Shown in pieces: positions 39,957 to 50,305 of a stretch of 64,000 nt of DNA. Position 1 is the first letter of the stretch; each line of letters opens with the position of its first letter. The stretch covers positions 30,390-94,389 of the IMG/VR virus record IMGVR_UViG_3300017917_002740. One strand, given 5' to 3'. This DNA comes from a virus. A program made the translations under genes and the position numbers. The notes beneath the pieces are model-generated. The model did not search any database. It was not told the DNA's origin and saw only the letters and a program-made list of their open reading frames with translations.

Positions 39957-41205
39957 ACTGTTTGAATTCCGGAGTGATATCTGTGAAACTTTGATTTCTG
40001 GTTTGATCTAATCTACGATTAAATTCCACACAGTCTGTCCATAGATCGCTGCGATCTCTGGCTCGTAGATAGTTTTGATTATCTTCTATCTGTCTTAGAG
40101 TATAGTTTAGCAGCATTGGGTGTTTTTTAATAATTTCATAATCCAATATTTTGTTCTTCATAGCTTCCAGTCTATCATAAGCCACATCAACTAACGGACG
40201 AGGCAATACTTGAGCTGATAACACGTTAGGATACTCAACTCTATGAGTATGGAACACTATGCCAAGGTCATTTAAAAAGTATTCGATCATTTTGTCTAAG
40301 ATTAGAATGTTACTGATTTGTACAGTAACAGCACCGACTATTCTACTTATGTTTGGTATAGTTTGTATCTGTTTGATGTTATGAACTAATTCAGCCCAAG
40401 ACGCATTGCCACGTATGTACTCATAACTGTCGCCAATACCGTCTATACTGACATTGACCGCTATGCTCTTAAACTTAGGCCAGTATTCCCATATAGTTCT
40501 ATTGCTCTTACCTAACATAGACAAGTTAGTTGCATACTTGATTTCGATTTGATTACCGTATGGAGCCAGCATATCAAGTATTCTATAATGCTGTGGATCC
40601 ATTAGAGGTTCACCACCAGCAAACTCTACACGTCTAAAATGCGGTAAATTCTTTTCTAAACTTGCCCACCATTCTGGATTGTCCTGGAACTTGTCTAAGA
40701 ATGGTTTTTCTTTGAGATTGTGTTCCTTGACAATATGGAACATAATATTATTTTCTTTTTCGTAGAATTCTTCTACCTGATCCCAATCGTTCCAAGATGT
40801 ACTGTCCATAGGATGGCACATGCGGCATTTGAGATTACACAGATTATTGAGTTTTAATTCCATTGTGGGAATTTCAAAAGGCATCGTGTAATCATGTTGC
40901 ATCTTAGACAGTGCATTAGGATATAGATTAATACGTGCTTCTGGTATTTCTCCCTTGATATGACGCTGGCGCAGACTTTCTACACCTTGATCCTCTAATG
41001 AGAAACAAGGCTCGCACTCTTTAGGACGTTCGCCAATTAGGACCTGCCTGCGAATACGCTGCATAGTCTCGCCATTCCAATGATATTCAAGTGGTGCTTG
41101 ATCGATGAATCCAATAGGATGACTGCGACAACAGACACAGATAGCACCGTCTTCACGTGTTGCTAATCCTGTAAAAGGATGCATACAAAATGTTTTACTT
41201 TGCAT
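39949..41205 (-). CDS. Radical SAM protein with N-terminal twitch/SPASM domain
   Basis: CMHPF..VCC..CEPC, then CNLKCRMC and AGGEP. Start revised to MQSKTFC. Confidence 0.9.
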   Translation of the reverse strand: MQSKTFCMHPFTGLATREDGAICVCCRSHPIGFIDQAPLEYHWNGETMQRIRRQVLIGERPKECEPCFSLEDQGVESLRQRHIKGEIPEARINLYPNALSKMQHDYTMPFEIPTMELKLNNLCNLKCRMCHPMDSTSWNDWDQVEEFYEKENNIMFHIVKEHNLKEKPFLDKFQDNPEWWASLEKNLPHFRRVEFAGGEPLMDPQHYRILDMLAPYGNQIEIKYATNLSMLGKSNRTIWEYWPKFKSIAVNVSIDGIGDSYEYIRGNASWAELVHNIKQIQTIPNISRIVGAVTVQISNILILDKMIEYFLNDLGIVFHTHRVEYPNVLSAQVLPRPLVDVAYDRLEAMKNKILDYEIIKKHPMLLNYTLRQIEDNQNYLRARDRSDLWTDCVEFNRRLDQTRNQSFTDITPEFKQYV

Positions 41206-41935
41206 TGTCAATAGCCCACTGTCTTTCTTTACACCAGAAACATTTACCGCATGTCGGAACATATTGTCCTGGTGTGTATGTTTGATAATCTATCTCTTTG
41301 AATTCGCCTTCGCAACTACGAGTCATCTCAAATAACGACATGAGATCTAATCTTATATATTGTTTAACTACCCAAGATTTTTCAACAAATCTAAAAGGAT
41401 GTATAGCCCACTTGTTCATATGTTGCATAATCCTTAGATGCTGATTATCTTCTGATGGTTCTATATCTCTTTCAACCATGCCATCGAAATCATGTCCTCT
41501 GGGATTGCGTGTTACAGCATTATAATAAGCATCGCAGTTTTCCCAATGACAGATATATTCAGCAAATGCTCGTTGCTCAATATTATCTCCGCTGACTAAT
41601 TTGTTATATTCATCTTTGAGAGACGGACCAATATTACCATATTCTAATTCTGGTGCAATAAAATTTGTATGTCTATAAAAGTTTATATTAGGAAATTTAA
41701 CTTTCATCCAATTAAAAATCTTTAAACTATCCCAACTCTGCCAGGGTCTTGTTTTCCACATGCGAGTATGGCTAATACAATGTATTTCAAAACCTTCTAT
41801 TTTTTTGTTAGTAATAATATCGCATAACAAGTAGGTCATTAAAGCACTGTCTGCACCGCCACTAAGGCCTATTGCAATTCTACGCCAGTGTGTGTCGAAT
41901 GGAATTACTACACCATCAATGTTGTAGTTGAGCAT
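41195..41935 (-). CDS. QueC-like PP-loop ATPase
   Basis: LSGGADSA PP-loop and C-terminal TRSC..CGKCFWCKER. Confidence 0.75.
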   Translation of the reverse strand: MLNYNIDGVVIPFDTHWRRIAIGLSGGADSALMTYLLCDIITNKKIEGFEIHCISHTRMWKTRPWQSWDSLKIFNWMKVKFPNINFYRHTNFIAPELEYGNIGPSLKDEYNKLVSGDNIEQRAFAEYICHWENCDAYYNAVTRNPRGHDFDGMVERDIEPSEDNQHLRIMQHMNKWAIHPFRFVEKSWVVKQYIRLDLMSLFEMTRSCEGEFKEIDYQTYTPGQYVPTCGKCFWCKERQWAIDNAK

Positions 41936-42782
41936 TTTCTAAATACCTTATCAGCGGACTGACACCTACAGGTTCACCGTTGCGCAAAGCCAGATGTATA
42001 CTTCTCGTAGGAGTTAATTCGAAGTCTCTGCAGACTTTGTAATAGCGTTCACCGTGTGTAAGCCATAGGTAATCCGAAGGAAGATTTCTTACAAAGTGTA
42101 GACCGATCATTGCCAATGCACGATTGTTCATACGAAAGTCGTTCATAATGGTAATGGCATCTGGTTTAGTTTCTTTGGTCCATCTAAGTCCAATTCTATT
42201 CCACCCCAGTCCTAAACCTTTGCTTAGGCTAATACCAACAGATACCACAGCAGGGTGATCAAAATTGAAATCAACAGAGCGGCTACACGTGATCCATGCT
42301 CCGTCGATGTGTACTGGTATATTTTTCTTAATACATTCATCTAATATTTCTCCCATGTCAGGATGAATTCTTCCTATTTGCGGAAACGGTAATGCTATGA
42401 TTAATGGAACTCCAGGTATCAGCGATCCTATATCTTTGACCGCTGTGGCCAATTTTAATCTTTCGTGATATCTATAATCTCCTGAGATAACCTGTACAGG
42501 TCCATTCATATATACAGTATCAATAAATTGAGTACACCCGATGATTATGTCTTTTCTTGTGTAAGAATCAAGACCAGTAATTTGGTTAAACGGGCTATTT
42601 AAAATCCATTGTTCAGCTTCTTGTTTAAAATTGTCGTAGACTGTGTCAGAGATATCTTTGTCTAACTTCCCACTGAGAACTTCCAAAATTAGAGATTCAA
42701 TTTTACGATCGCTGAGTGTCTGTGGTCTATCGATTTCCAAAAAGTCGCTGCTGTACTCTGGAGCAATTTTATTTCTAATCAT
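41916..42782 (-). CDS. PLP-dependent (fold type I) enzyme
   Basis: VHIDGAW, SLSKG (Schiff-base Lys) and RIG. Confidence 0.7.
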   Translation of the reverse strand: MIRNKIAPEYSSDFLEIDRPQTLSDRKIESLILEVLSGKLDKDISDTVYDNFKQEAEQWILNSPFNQITGLDSYTRKDIIIGCTQFIDTVYMNGPVQVISGDYRYHERLKLATAVKDIGSLIPGVPLIIALPFPQIGRIHPDMGEILDECIKKNIPVHIDGAWITCSRSVDFNFDHPAVVSVGISLSKGLGLGWNRIGLRWTKETKPDAITIMNDFRMNNRALAMIGLHFVRNLPSDYLWLTHGERYYKVCRDFELTPTRSIHLALRNGEPVGVSPLIRYLENAQLQH

Positions 42783-42786
42783 GATA

Positions 42787-42816
42787 TATTTAAGCCATTA
42801 TAATAGCACATAAATA
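42787..42816. promoter_or_regulatory. Divergent pair of TAAATA late-promoter boxes
   Basis: tattta at 42787-92 and taaata at 42811-16, each 4 nt from a start codon. Confidence 0.65.
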
Positions 42817-42820
42817 TTTT

Positions 42821-43489
42821 ATGCTCAACTCTACCAATTATACAGTACCTCAAGACATACTACAACAGGCAGTAAATTCTATTCCTGGTATCGATTCTCG
42901 CTTGTCGTTAAATCAGCCAACTGGTAGATTTTTTAATGACCCGTGGGAACTCAAACCCGAGTTCAAAGGCACAGTTTGGGAAACTATATTGAATATTTTG
43001 GATGAACCAAAAGGCGAAGCTCGATTAATTAAATTAACACCAGGTGAATCATATCCCAGCCATGCTGACATTGACGATCGCTGGCACCTTGCTCTAACAG
43101 GAAATAACTCTTATCTAATAGATTTAGAAAACTGTGTGATGCACCGAACAGACAAAAATGGAATATGGTACAGCATGAATGCAGGTCACAGGCACACAGC
43201 AGCAAATTTTGGCAGTGAAGACAGAATTCAGTTGGTAGTTCGAAAATTATTGCCGATGCCAAATATTAAAAATCCGGTTGAAGTTGCTATCACTTTAAAA
43301 ACAGTAGTTGAAGATCGTAGATTTATATTCGACGATGTAATTAGTCCGTGGTTAAATTATGCTTACAAAAAAGGAATAGTGGATAATTTTAAAGGTGAAG
43401 ATTTAATTGCTACTATGACAGTAGAATCAGATCATGTTGATGAATTAACAGAATTAACCAAAGAATATTTTGTGTTGGCCATAAAATGA
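42821..43489 (+). CDS. Asp/Asn beta-hydroxylase-like Fe(II)/2OG oxygenase
   Basis: HAD..RWH..HTAANFG..RIQLV. Confidence 0.75.
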   Translation: MLNSTNYTVPQDILQQAVNSIPGIDSRLSLNQPTGRFFNDPWELKPEFKGTVWETILNILDEPKGEARLIKLTPGESYPSHADIDDRWHLALTGNNSYLIDLENCVMHRTDKNGIWYSMNAGHRHTAANFGSEDRIQLVVRKLLPMPNIKNPVEVAITLKTVVEDRRFIFDDVISPWLNYAYKKGIVDNFKGEDLIATMTVESDHVDELTELTKEYFVLAIK

Positions 43490-44184
43490 ATATAGATAAT
43501 TGGACACCTTTTTATAAAATCAATCCAGATGATGGGCAGCTTATAGAAACAAATTTGATTTATACGCCATTGATAAGCCCAGACGGTAAAATATTCTGTA
43601 TGAATTTTGACCATCAGCATTCTTATCAAAACGAACAATTAGCACATTGGTTACCTCATAGGCCTTACTATACCAAAGAAATGGTCAACTTCTTTTTTAA
43701 TAGAGAACTAAAATATCTTACGGTATTTGCCAACAGATCTTGGGCACCTAAGGTATTAGAAATAGACATAGAAAAACAACAGATCTTTTTTGAATGGTCT
43801 GGAGAAACCTGTAATCAAATAGTTTACACAGACAAAAAGATTGAAGATTATTGTCCTGATTGGAAAGCACAGATGTTGTCCATACTAAAAGACATAGTTG
43901 TCAGCGGCTACTACAAAACCAGTTTGTATCCTCACTGTTATTTTATTAGCAATGGTCAATTAAAAACTTTTGACTTTTACGGTTGTGTAGAAATCAAAGA
44001 TCCCTATGTGTCTATAAATGATATTAAAGGTATGATCGGAGAAACATCTGGTCCTCGATTTGAAGCAGCAGTCAAGGACAATATGTTAAATGTTGAAATA
44101 CTGTTTAAAGATGCTCTAAAAACTTGGGTTAAATGGCCCGACGATGTACTGCCTATGTTTTACGAGGAGTTATTTGGTGATTAA
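43486..44184 (+). CDS. Protein-kinase-like fold protein (degenerate catalytic loop)
   Basis: FNRELKYL (alphaC Glu), APKVLEI..FEW, YKTSLYPHCYF..KTFDFY. Confidence 0.5.
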   Translation: MNIDNWTPFYKINPDDGQLIETNLIYTPLISPDGKIFCMNFDHQHSYQNEQLAHWLPHRPYYTKEMVNFFFNRELKYLTVFANRSWAPKVLEIDIEKQQIFFEWSGETCNQIVYTDKKIEDYCPDWKAQMLSILKDIVVSGYYKTSLYPHCYFISNGQLKTFDFYGCVEIKDPYVSINDIKGMIGETSGPRFEAAVKDNMLNVEILFKDALKTWVKWPDDVLPMFYEELFGD

Positions 44185-44761
44185 ACTCGTAGGCAATTTT
44201 AATAATTTAATCAACTGGAATGACGTTGTCTCGCACCTCGAAGACACAGAACAGCCTATTGTAAAAAGAGCAGCACCTGAGTATTGGTTAGAACCTACTA
44301 TATTAGAACCAGGATATAACAGTTCTGGTACTGAAAGAAACTTAGATAAAGAAATGTGCGATAGTTGGGTAGCTGCCAATTACTTTTTTGATTCGGCAGT
44401 ATGGTTAGTATATCGAGTCGGTGTACATTATCCGCAGTCCTTAGAAGATTTGATCTGTCAGCAATTAAACATCTCAGTAAATTGGTCTGTGATTAATAGA
44501 GTTGATCCTGGACGCACAGTTCCACTGCACATAGATCCTGACGATAATCCAGAATTTGATGGAGATAAAAAAGTAAGATTCATCTGTCAGATATCTCTTC
44601 CTGCTCGTGGACAGGTTTTAACAGTTGGTGATCAAGCATTAACGAATTTGCAGGTAGGGGATATGTATCAATGGGATAATTATTTAGAACAACATTCTGC
44701 TGCCAATGCTGGATTAACTCCGGTATATTATTTTTCTATTGAGGGATTCAGTCGTGATTAA
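44177..44761 (+). CDS. Fe(II)/2OG oxygenase (AspH-like)
   Basis: PGRTVPLHID..HSAANAG. GTG start 44177 with a GAGGAG SD. Confidence 0.75.
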   Translation: MIKLVGNFNNLINWNDVVSHLEDTEQPIVKRAAPEYWLEPTILEPGYNSSGTERNLDKEMCDSWVAANYFFDSAVWLVYRVGVHYPQSLEDLICQQLNISVNWSVINRVDPGRTVPLHIDPDDNPEFDGDKKVRFICQISLPARGQVLTVGDQALTNLQVGDMYQWDNYLEQHSAANAGLTPVYYFSIEGFSRD

Positions 44762-45263
44762 TTGGGATGAAATTATCGGTAGTCTTTTTAATGGTGTGCC
44801 TATTACTGCTGATAAAAGTAAATGGAATCTTTCAACCCCCGGCTACTTAGAAATTTACAAATCATGGGAAGATGCTAAGTTTAATATGAGCGCAATTAAA
44901 TGGATTAATTATTATCCCAGAACACACTATCCAGAAGAAGTAGATACTAAGATGTGTGAGCAGTTGGGTATCAATAAATTACGAGCTTGGATTAGTAGAA
45001 TAGATCCTGGTTATTGCGCACCTTGGCATTGGGACGTTGACGACAATGAAGAACAATATCTTAGTCTTGGAGAAATACAAAGATACAGTTGTTTTATCAG
45101 CAAACCTGCCAATGGGCAAATGTTTCAGTTAGGCAATCAGTATTATACTGCGCAGCCTCAAGGTACTATTGTTAAATGGGACGATTACAAACAATGGCAT
45201 GCTGGAGTTAATGCTGGGACTACTTCTAAGTTTATGTATCACATTATGGGGTATAGGCACTGA
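44754..45263 (+). CDS. Fe(II)/2OG oxygenase (AspH-like)
   Basis: PGYCAPWHWD..WHAGVNAG..K. Confidence 0.75.
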   Translation: MINWDEIIGSLFNGVPITADKSKWNLSTPGYLEIYKSWEDAKFNMSAIKWINYYPRTHYPEEVDTKMCEQLGINKLRAWISRIDPGYCAPWHWDVDDNEEQYLSLGEIQRYSCFISKPANGQMFQLGNQYYTAQPQGTIVKWDDYKQWHAGVNAGTTSKFMYHIMGYRH

Positions 45264-45765
45264 TCTGCAGCGTTAATCTTGTAGCCATACTAATATTAAC
45301 TACTCCGTGATAGCACATGGGGTCATCCCATAAAAACAAATCACCAGCTTTGTAATCAGCTAACAGATAATTATCATAGACAAAAACGTGTCCAGGTTGA
45401 TAATCTAACAAAGGCATAGTCCATCTTTGACATTTTGAAACTTGTGTGACGTGAGGATCAAAATGCATGGGCTGCATCTGACCAGGTTTTAATTTAATGA
45501 TCCACCAATGGTATTCACCTTCGATATCTATAGGCATTTTAATATCTAAATGTTTTAAACAATCTGTATTCTTAGTATACTGGCAGAAGTGATGATTCCC
45601 AGCAGGATAACCAGCTTGTTCTATAGCTGTACGTGCTGCATCAAATTCAGGAGTACCTCTCCATTTTTCAGGTTGATACACAGGTGTAACATCACCATCG
45701 TTGTTAAGTAGGATGTCTAATAGTTCTGGAGTAATCCAGTCTCGATAATTGCCTATGAGTTTCAT
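45244..45765 (-). CDS. Fe(II)/2OG oxygenase (AspH-like)
   Basis: PGQMQPMHFD..YHGVVN..RLTLQIS. Confidence 0.75.
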   Translation of the reverse strand: MKLIGNYRDWITPELLDILLNNDGDVTPVYQPEKWRGTPEFDAARTAIEQAGYPAGNHHFCQYTKNTDCLKHLDIKMPIDIEGEYHWWIIKLKPGQMQPMHFDPHVTQVSKCQRWTMPLLDYQPGHVFVYDNYLLADYKAGDLFLWDDPMCYHGVVNISMATRLTLQISAYTP

Positions 45766-46568
45766 TAATACGACTCTATATGATCTATGCCTAACTTTTT
45801 ACGGAATTCGTCTGTGAACTTTCCGTCAATGCGCAGACTATAGCTGGGCTCCATAATTCGTTCACCACCATGCCAGTCTTGATCATTCCACCATGCGGCA
45901 CGAGTGTTTAGATATATTTTGTTTTTGTGTTCAGGGTCCCAGATGTAAAATGCTTTCTTTGTATTGGGTCTTATGTGTATGAATTCATTACGATGAGGAA
46001 ATGTAACATTCATACCGTTCTTGGCATCGAGGTCTCTATGTTCGAAAGGAATGCCATCTGCTTCACAATGGAAAAATATAACACGTCCGATATGCTCGAA
46101 TAAATTTTGATCAATAAGCTGTTCGACCCATTTAACTACATTAGGAAAATAAGCAGCTTCTGGAGTTAACTTACGAGGAGCAGTACGATCGTCCCAAGAA
46201 CCTTCTTCCCATAGGAAATAATAAATGTACGGGTCATATGCGCCCATGGCCATTTTTAAGAATCTTGTGAATTTGTTTCTCTGTTGATAATTGCCAAAGT
46301 CTCGGTACAACGGCATTCCAGCAACCTTGATAGGATCATCATCTGGCAATGCTAAGAATTCATCTTTGGCCTTGTATATAGGTTTCCAGTGAGGTTGATA
46401 ACTCATTCGCTCAAAGGTAAAGCCCGGGGCCATCCATGTACCTTCTTTGGCATATTCTCTGGCTTCAGCAAAACCTCTAATGATTTCAGGCTGTAGTCGA
46501 TCAAACTCAGCCATGTCTAAGTAAGACTCTAAATCAAAATAAGGTTGATGATTAATACCTTTGATCAT
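45765..46568 (-). CDS. Fe(II)/2OG oxygenase-like protein
   Basis: GRVIFF..EHRD..WHGG..YSLRIDG facial-triad pattern. Confidence 0.6.
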   Translation of the reverse strand: MIKGINHQPYFDLESYLDMAEFDRLQPEIIRGFAEAREYAKEGTWMAPGFTFERMSYQPHWKPIYKAKDEFLALPDDDPIKVAGMPLYRDFGNYQQRNKFTRFLKMAMGAYDPYIYYFLWEEGSWDDRTAPRKLTPEAAYFPNVVKWVEQLIDQNLFEHIGRVIFFHCEADGIPFEHRDLDAKNGMNVTFPHRNEFIHIRPNTKKAFYIWDPEHKNKIYLNTRAAWWNDQDWHGGERIMEPSYSLRIDGKFTDEFRKKLGIDHIESY

Positions 46569-47455
46569 TACACATCTCTGGCTTTTTGTTTGGCCAATGG
46601 CCAGATCACTTTTTCAATCCTGTTCTCTGGGCATAGGTTACACTGCGGTATAATTTCTAACAATGTATCTGTAAAGTGTTTGATAAATTCGTCAGAGTCA
46701 TAGGGACTGCAGGCACGATATTGATTAAGCAGATCAACTGCTCGCTGTTCAACATTAAACTGATTGACAAAGTCGTCTTTGAAAGCAACCAAGTGACACT
46801 TGTATAAATGACCTTTTACAAAATAATGACACTTGTTGGCAGAACAATTTTCATGAGCAATCGCAGGATCGCTGTCGTGTAAGTAGATAACACCGTCACG
46901 AATTTCTTTTCTACTGCTGGTGTGTAGTTTCCAACGCTGTCTAATATCAGCTACTAACTTTCCATCCACATAGTATTGTTTACCTGGATCTTCAAATTTA
47001 CGACCCAAGGTTGTTTTGGTTATTTCTGTGGTTGTATAAGTGTACTTGGATAATAATTCTTCTACATGAAACTTAGTTTCGTCGTAGTGTGAGGGATCGT
47101 GTACAGATATGTCTAACCATATGCCAAGATCGATGATGTCCTGAGTTAGTTCTTTGTTTGTACCAAAATATGTGCCGTTGGTGACCACAGAAAAGTCTGT
47201 GATCTCTGGCCAAAGTTTTCTAAGATTGTAGGCCCAGTTCCATAGGTCTGGATTAGCATAGGGTTCGCCACCCAGAATATTCATCATGTCTACGCTAAGG
47301 ATTTTTGACCAATCCTCGTAGTAGGCTCTGTAGTCCTCAAACTTATAGTGTCCTTTGAAAACCTTGTCATTGTAGGTTATGCAGTTGTCACAGGTGAGAT
47401 TACACACATTGGTAATGTAGTGATCGCCTTCTAATATTCTATATTTTTTAGTCAT
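46568..47455 (-). CDS. Radical SAM protein
   Basis: CNLTCDNC, LGGEP, TNG, and C-terminal C..C..YKC..CNLCP. Confidence 0.88.
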   Translation of the reverse strand: MTKKYRILEGDHYITNVCNLTCDNCITYNDKVFKGHYKFEDYRAYYEDWSKILSVDMMNILGGEPYANPDLWNWAYNLRKLWPEITDFSVVTNGTYFGTNKELTQDIIDLGIWLDISVHDPSHYDETKFHVEELLSKYTYTTTEITKTTLGRKFEDPGKQYYVDGKLVADIRQRWKLHTSSRKEIRDGVIYLHDSDPAIAHENCSANKCHYFVKGHLYKCHLVAFKDDFVNQFNVEQRAVDLLNQYRACSPYDSDEFIKHFTDTLLEIIPQCNLCPENRIEKVIWPLAKQKARDV

Positions 47456-48489
47456 CGTCTTTGATATTTAACCGGTACTTCATCCTGTAATTTCATGCCC
47501 TTGTTTATCACAGCATCACGTAGCATTACCTGATGCATCAAGTTGGTAGGCGGAACTCCTGGAACAAAACTGCCCCATGGACCGCATACCAGTTCGTCAA
47601 GGTCCACGCTTTTGGCATCAGCCCATTGTATGATCCTGTGGGTGGCGCCATTGATCTTAACCATGTAGTGATAGATATTGTCGTCAGCTAAGATCTTTTC
47701 CCATGTATAATTTAATTTGGTAACCTGTCTATACACTTCATAGACCAATTCACTCAAGAACAATCTGGGTTCGTCTGGACAACGTCCTATGTCTGCGCCG
47801 CCCCTGATCCTAAATTCTTCTACAAAGTCTTTGAATGTCTGTATTTCTTCAAGTATAAAAGGAATTTGATCTATGCTGGATAATGTGTAATTTATATTCT
47901 TAATTCTTAGGCCAACTTCACGACAATTTTGTATGGCCTGCAGTTGTTTCTTATGTACTGCTTCACCCTGATAGTCAGGATGGTTTAGACCTACGGTGAC
48001 AAATTCGCAACCTGCTGCGATCAGCTGTTTACAAAAATCCATGCTGCTGAGTTTTAGTCCATTGGTCAGCACATTAAGCTCTCTGTTGGTTTTAGTTCTA
48101 ATAGCAGTGATCAATTCACAGAGGTCATTGCGCATGGTCGGCTCAGCACCTGCCAGAGTCACACTATACCCATCATCGGGGAATGAGTTGATCTGATCTA
48201 TGATAGAGTCTATGGACTTGTCTTTCTTTTTGTTATCTGGTTCTTGATAGCAGTGCGGGCAGGTAAGATTGCAGCGATCAGTTACTTCAAGCACATATCC
48301 GCCTGCGTCATAGTGTTCAGGATGATGCTTGAGTGTTTCTTGGAATATTTTTTCACGCTCGATCATATGTTCAGAATAACCATGCTCTGGGCAGGTTTTA
48401 CTGATCCACAACTCTCTGCCTCGTTCAAATCTGTGTGCTGGTATGTGTCTGTAGCAGATCTCGCACAATGACATAGTTTCTTTGATCAT
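47452..48489 (-). CDS. Radical SAM protein with an N-terminal CxxC..CPEHG metal site (MJ0619/Tes-like N-terminus)
   Basis: SLCEIC..KTCPEHG, then CNLTCPHC, AGAEPT and TNG. Confidence 0.85.
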   Translation of the reverse strand: MIKETMSLCEICYRHIPAHRFERGRELWISKTCPEHGYSEHMIEREKIFQETLKHHPEHYDAGGYVLEVTDRCNLTCPHCYQEPDNKKKDKSIDSIIDQINSFPDDGYSVTLAGAEPTMRNDLCELITAIRTKTNRELNVLTNGLKLSSMDFCKQLIAAGCEFVTVGLNHPDYQGEAVHKKQLQAIQNCREVGLRIKNINYTLSSIDQIPFILEEIQTFKDFVEEFRIRGGADIGRCPDEPRLFLSELVYEVYRQVTKLNYTWEKILADDNIYHYMVKINGATHRIIQWADAKSVDLDELVCGPWGSFVPGVPPTNLMHQVMLRDAVINKGMKLQDEVPVKYQRR

Positions 48490-49127
48490 TGCGGTACTCC
48501 GTTGATCATAAAAGGCAAACTAATACGGCTGCCGTAGTCGTTGGGCCAGCCTTCGGGTGCCTGTGCCACCACCATGTGATTCATCCATCCTGGCCACAAA
48601 ATTAAATCACCTTCTTCTACGTCTACGGTGATCTCTAATGAACCTTTGGGAAAGCTGCTGCGTATATGTGGTTCGTACAACAGAGCATGAGGATGTTCAA
48701 ACACCATTTGTTGTACTCCTTGACATTCAAGATATAGGCCACCGCCGATTAAAAATTCTGAATGATTGTGCATAAAGCCAATACCAGAAATATAAGTCTG
48801 GCACCACATGTCTGTGATCTCAGGTTTGAGAGTTTTATCTACTCTAAGTGTATCAAAATAATTGAGAACATGTGGCATGATTTGCTCTATGGCCGATTGC
48901 ATCTCAGGTCTAAGATGCAGTAGTTTTCCATTTGGATCCATGGTATCTTTGGTCGGAAATGTGCTGTAATTTGGACTACCTCCGGTGCTGGTACCGATCC
49001 ATGGTGGAATAAGTGCATCTGGTTGTGACCATAACTCATTGAGATAGGGAAGAATGCCGTTTAGTATTTCTCGGCTGTTGGCTATTTTGGTACGGATAAT
49101 TGGGCTGGGGAACCAGTATTCAGTCAT
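48486..49127 (-). CDS. Putative 2OG-Fe(II) oxygenase (TIGR02466-like)
   Basis: MW..HNH..GGLYL..EGDLILWPGWMNHMV..RISL. Confidence 0.7.
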   Translation of the reverse strand: MTEYWFPSPIIRTKIANSREILNGILPYLNELWSQPDALIPPWIGTSTGGSPNYSTFPTKDTMDPNGKLLHLRPEMQSAIEQIMPHVLNYFDTLRVDKTLKPEITDMWCQTYISGIGFMHNHSEFLIGGGLYLECQGVQQMVFEHPHALLYEPHIRSSFPKGSLEITVDVEEGDLILWPGWMNHMVVAQAPEGWPNDYGSRISLPFMINGVPQ

Positions 49128-49168
49128 GAAAATATTTATGTGCGCATTTTATCCAATAAATATTTTCA
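49127..49168. promoter_or_regulatory. Divergent late promoters forming a 13-bp inverted repeat
   Basis: tgaaaatatttat (49127-39) and ataaatattttca (49156-68). Confidence 0.7.
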
Positions 49169-50305
49169 ATGGAACTCAACTATCACCTGGACAATTTACC
49201 AAATCATCAGATCATCAAAACTGAAGGTTATTGGAACTATACCGTCAATAAAAAATTATTAGATCCTTTATGCGGTAATACTTCGTTTATCTTTGGTTAT
49301 AACAATAAATCGATCTTAGACTCGATGTACAAACTGCAATCCCAGATAGGCTTCTTGCGTGGTATGAGCAACGAGACCTGTAACGAAAATCAAGAATTGC
49401 TGACGGAGATCTGTCAACGTGGCGGATTTGACAGCGTGGCCTGGGCAGTCAGCGGCAGTGATGCTGTGGAAGCTGCTGTCTATATCAATGACGAATACTG
49501 GCGCAAATTAGAAAAGGATCGTCCTACCATAGTTACATTTACACCAGGTTATCACGGCACAACTTATCTGGCAAAACTTTTTAGAGAAGAATATCCCACA
49601 GGCGAACGTGCCGCGGTCATAGAACGTAGTCTTGATGATGCTGACACATTGTTGACCTTGGAAACTCTGTTAGAACTAAATCCCAAGATTGGAGCAGTAT
49701 TGATAGAGTCTGCACCGTGGAATGGCGGTCTTAGATTATGGTCGCAGGCATGGTGGAATGATCTTAGGCTCCTATGCGATCAATACAACATCAATTTAAT
49801 AGTAGATGATGTATTAGGAGGAGTGGGCAAGTTAGGACATTTCTTTAGTCACCAAAGATACGGAATACAGCCAGACATCGTGGCCATGGGCAAAGCATTG
49901 ACCAATGGTTATAGTCCTCTGGGCTGTGCCTGCACTACCAAGCGGATTTCCAATGTGATCAAAGATTCTTGGAATTTCGGTCATACCTGGTCGCCCAATA
50001 TGGCTGGCATTGGTGCTGCATTAGAAGTCTGTAAGATCTATGACACCATAGACTTTAATGCCATAGAAATGCGGTTAAAAAAGTTAGGTGACGAATTAAA
50101 AGCAGCAGGTCTGATCAAGGATTACACAGCAGCAGGACTTTTGTTTTACATCACGTTAGATAAAACTTATTCGCCAGATGCTCTATACACAGCAGGCATC
50201 AACGGCACGCTCAACGATAATAATGGCATATTCATCTGTGCGCCTGCTATTGCTGACAGCGAGTATTTTTCTGAATTATCTAATAGACTTAGATCTTTTC
50301 TTTAA
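49169..50305 (+). CDS. Class III PLP aminotransferase (BioA/ArgD-like)
   Basis: SGSDAVEAA, GYHG, LIVDDV..G.GKLG and PDIVAMGKALTNGY. Confidence 0.88.
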   Translation: MELNYHLDNLPNHQIIKTEGYWNYTVNKKLLDPLCGNTSFIFGYNNKSILDSMYKLQSQIGFLRGMSNETCNENQELLTEICQRGGFDSVAWAVSGSDAVEAAVYINDEYWRKLEKDRPTIVTFTPGYHGTTYLAKLFREEYPTGERAAVIERSLDDADTLLTLETLLELNPKIGAVLIESAPWNGGLRLWSQAWWNDLRLLCDQYNINLIVDDVLGGVGKLGHFFSHQRYGIQPDIVAMGKALTNGYSPLGCACTTKRISNVIKDSWNFGHTWSPNMAGIGAALEVCKIYDTIDFNAIEMRLKKLGDELKAAGLIKDYTAAGLLFYITLDKTYSPDALYTAGINGTLNDNNGIFICAPAIADSEYFSELSNRLRSFL

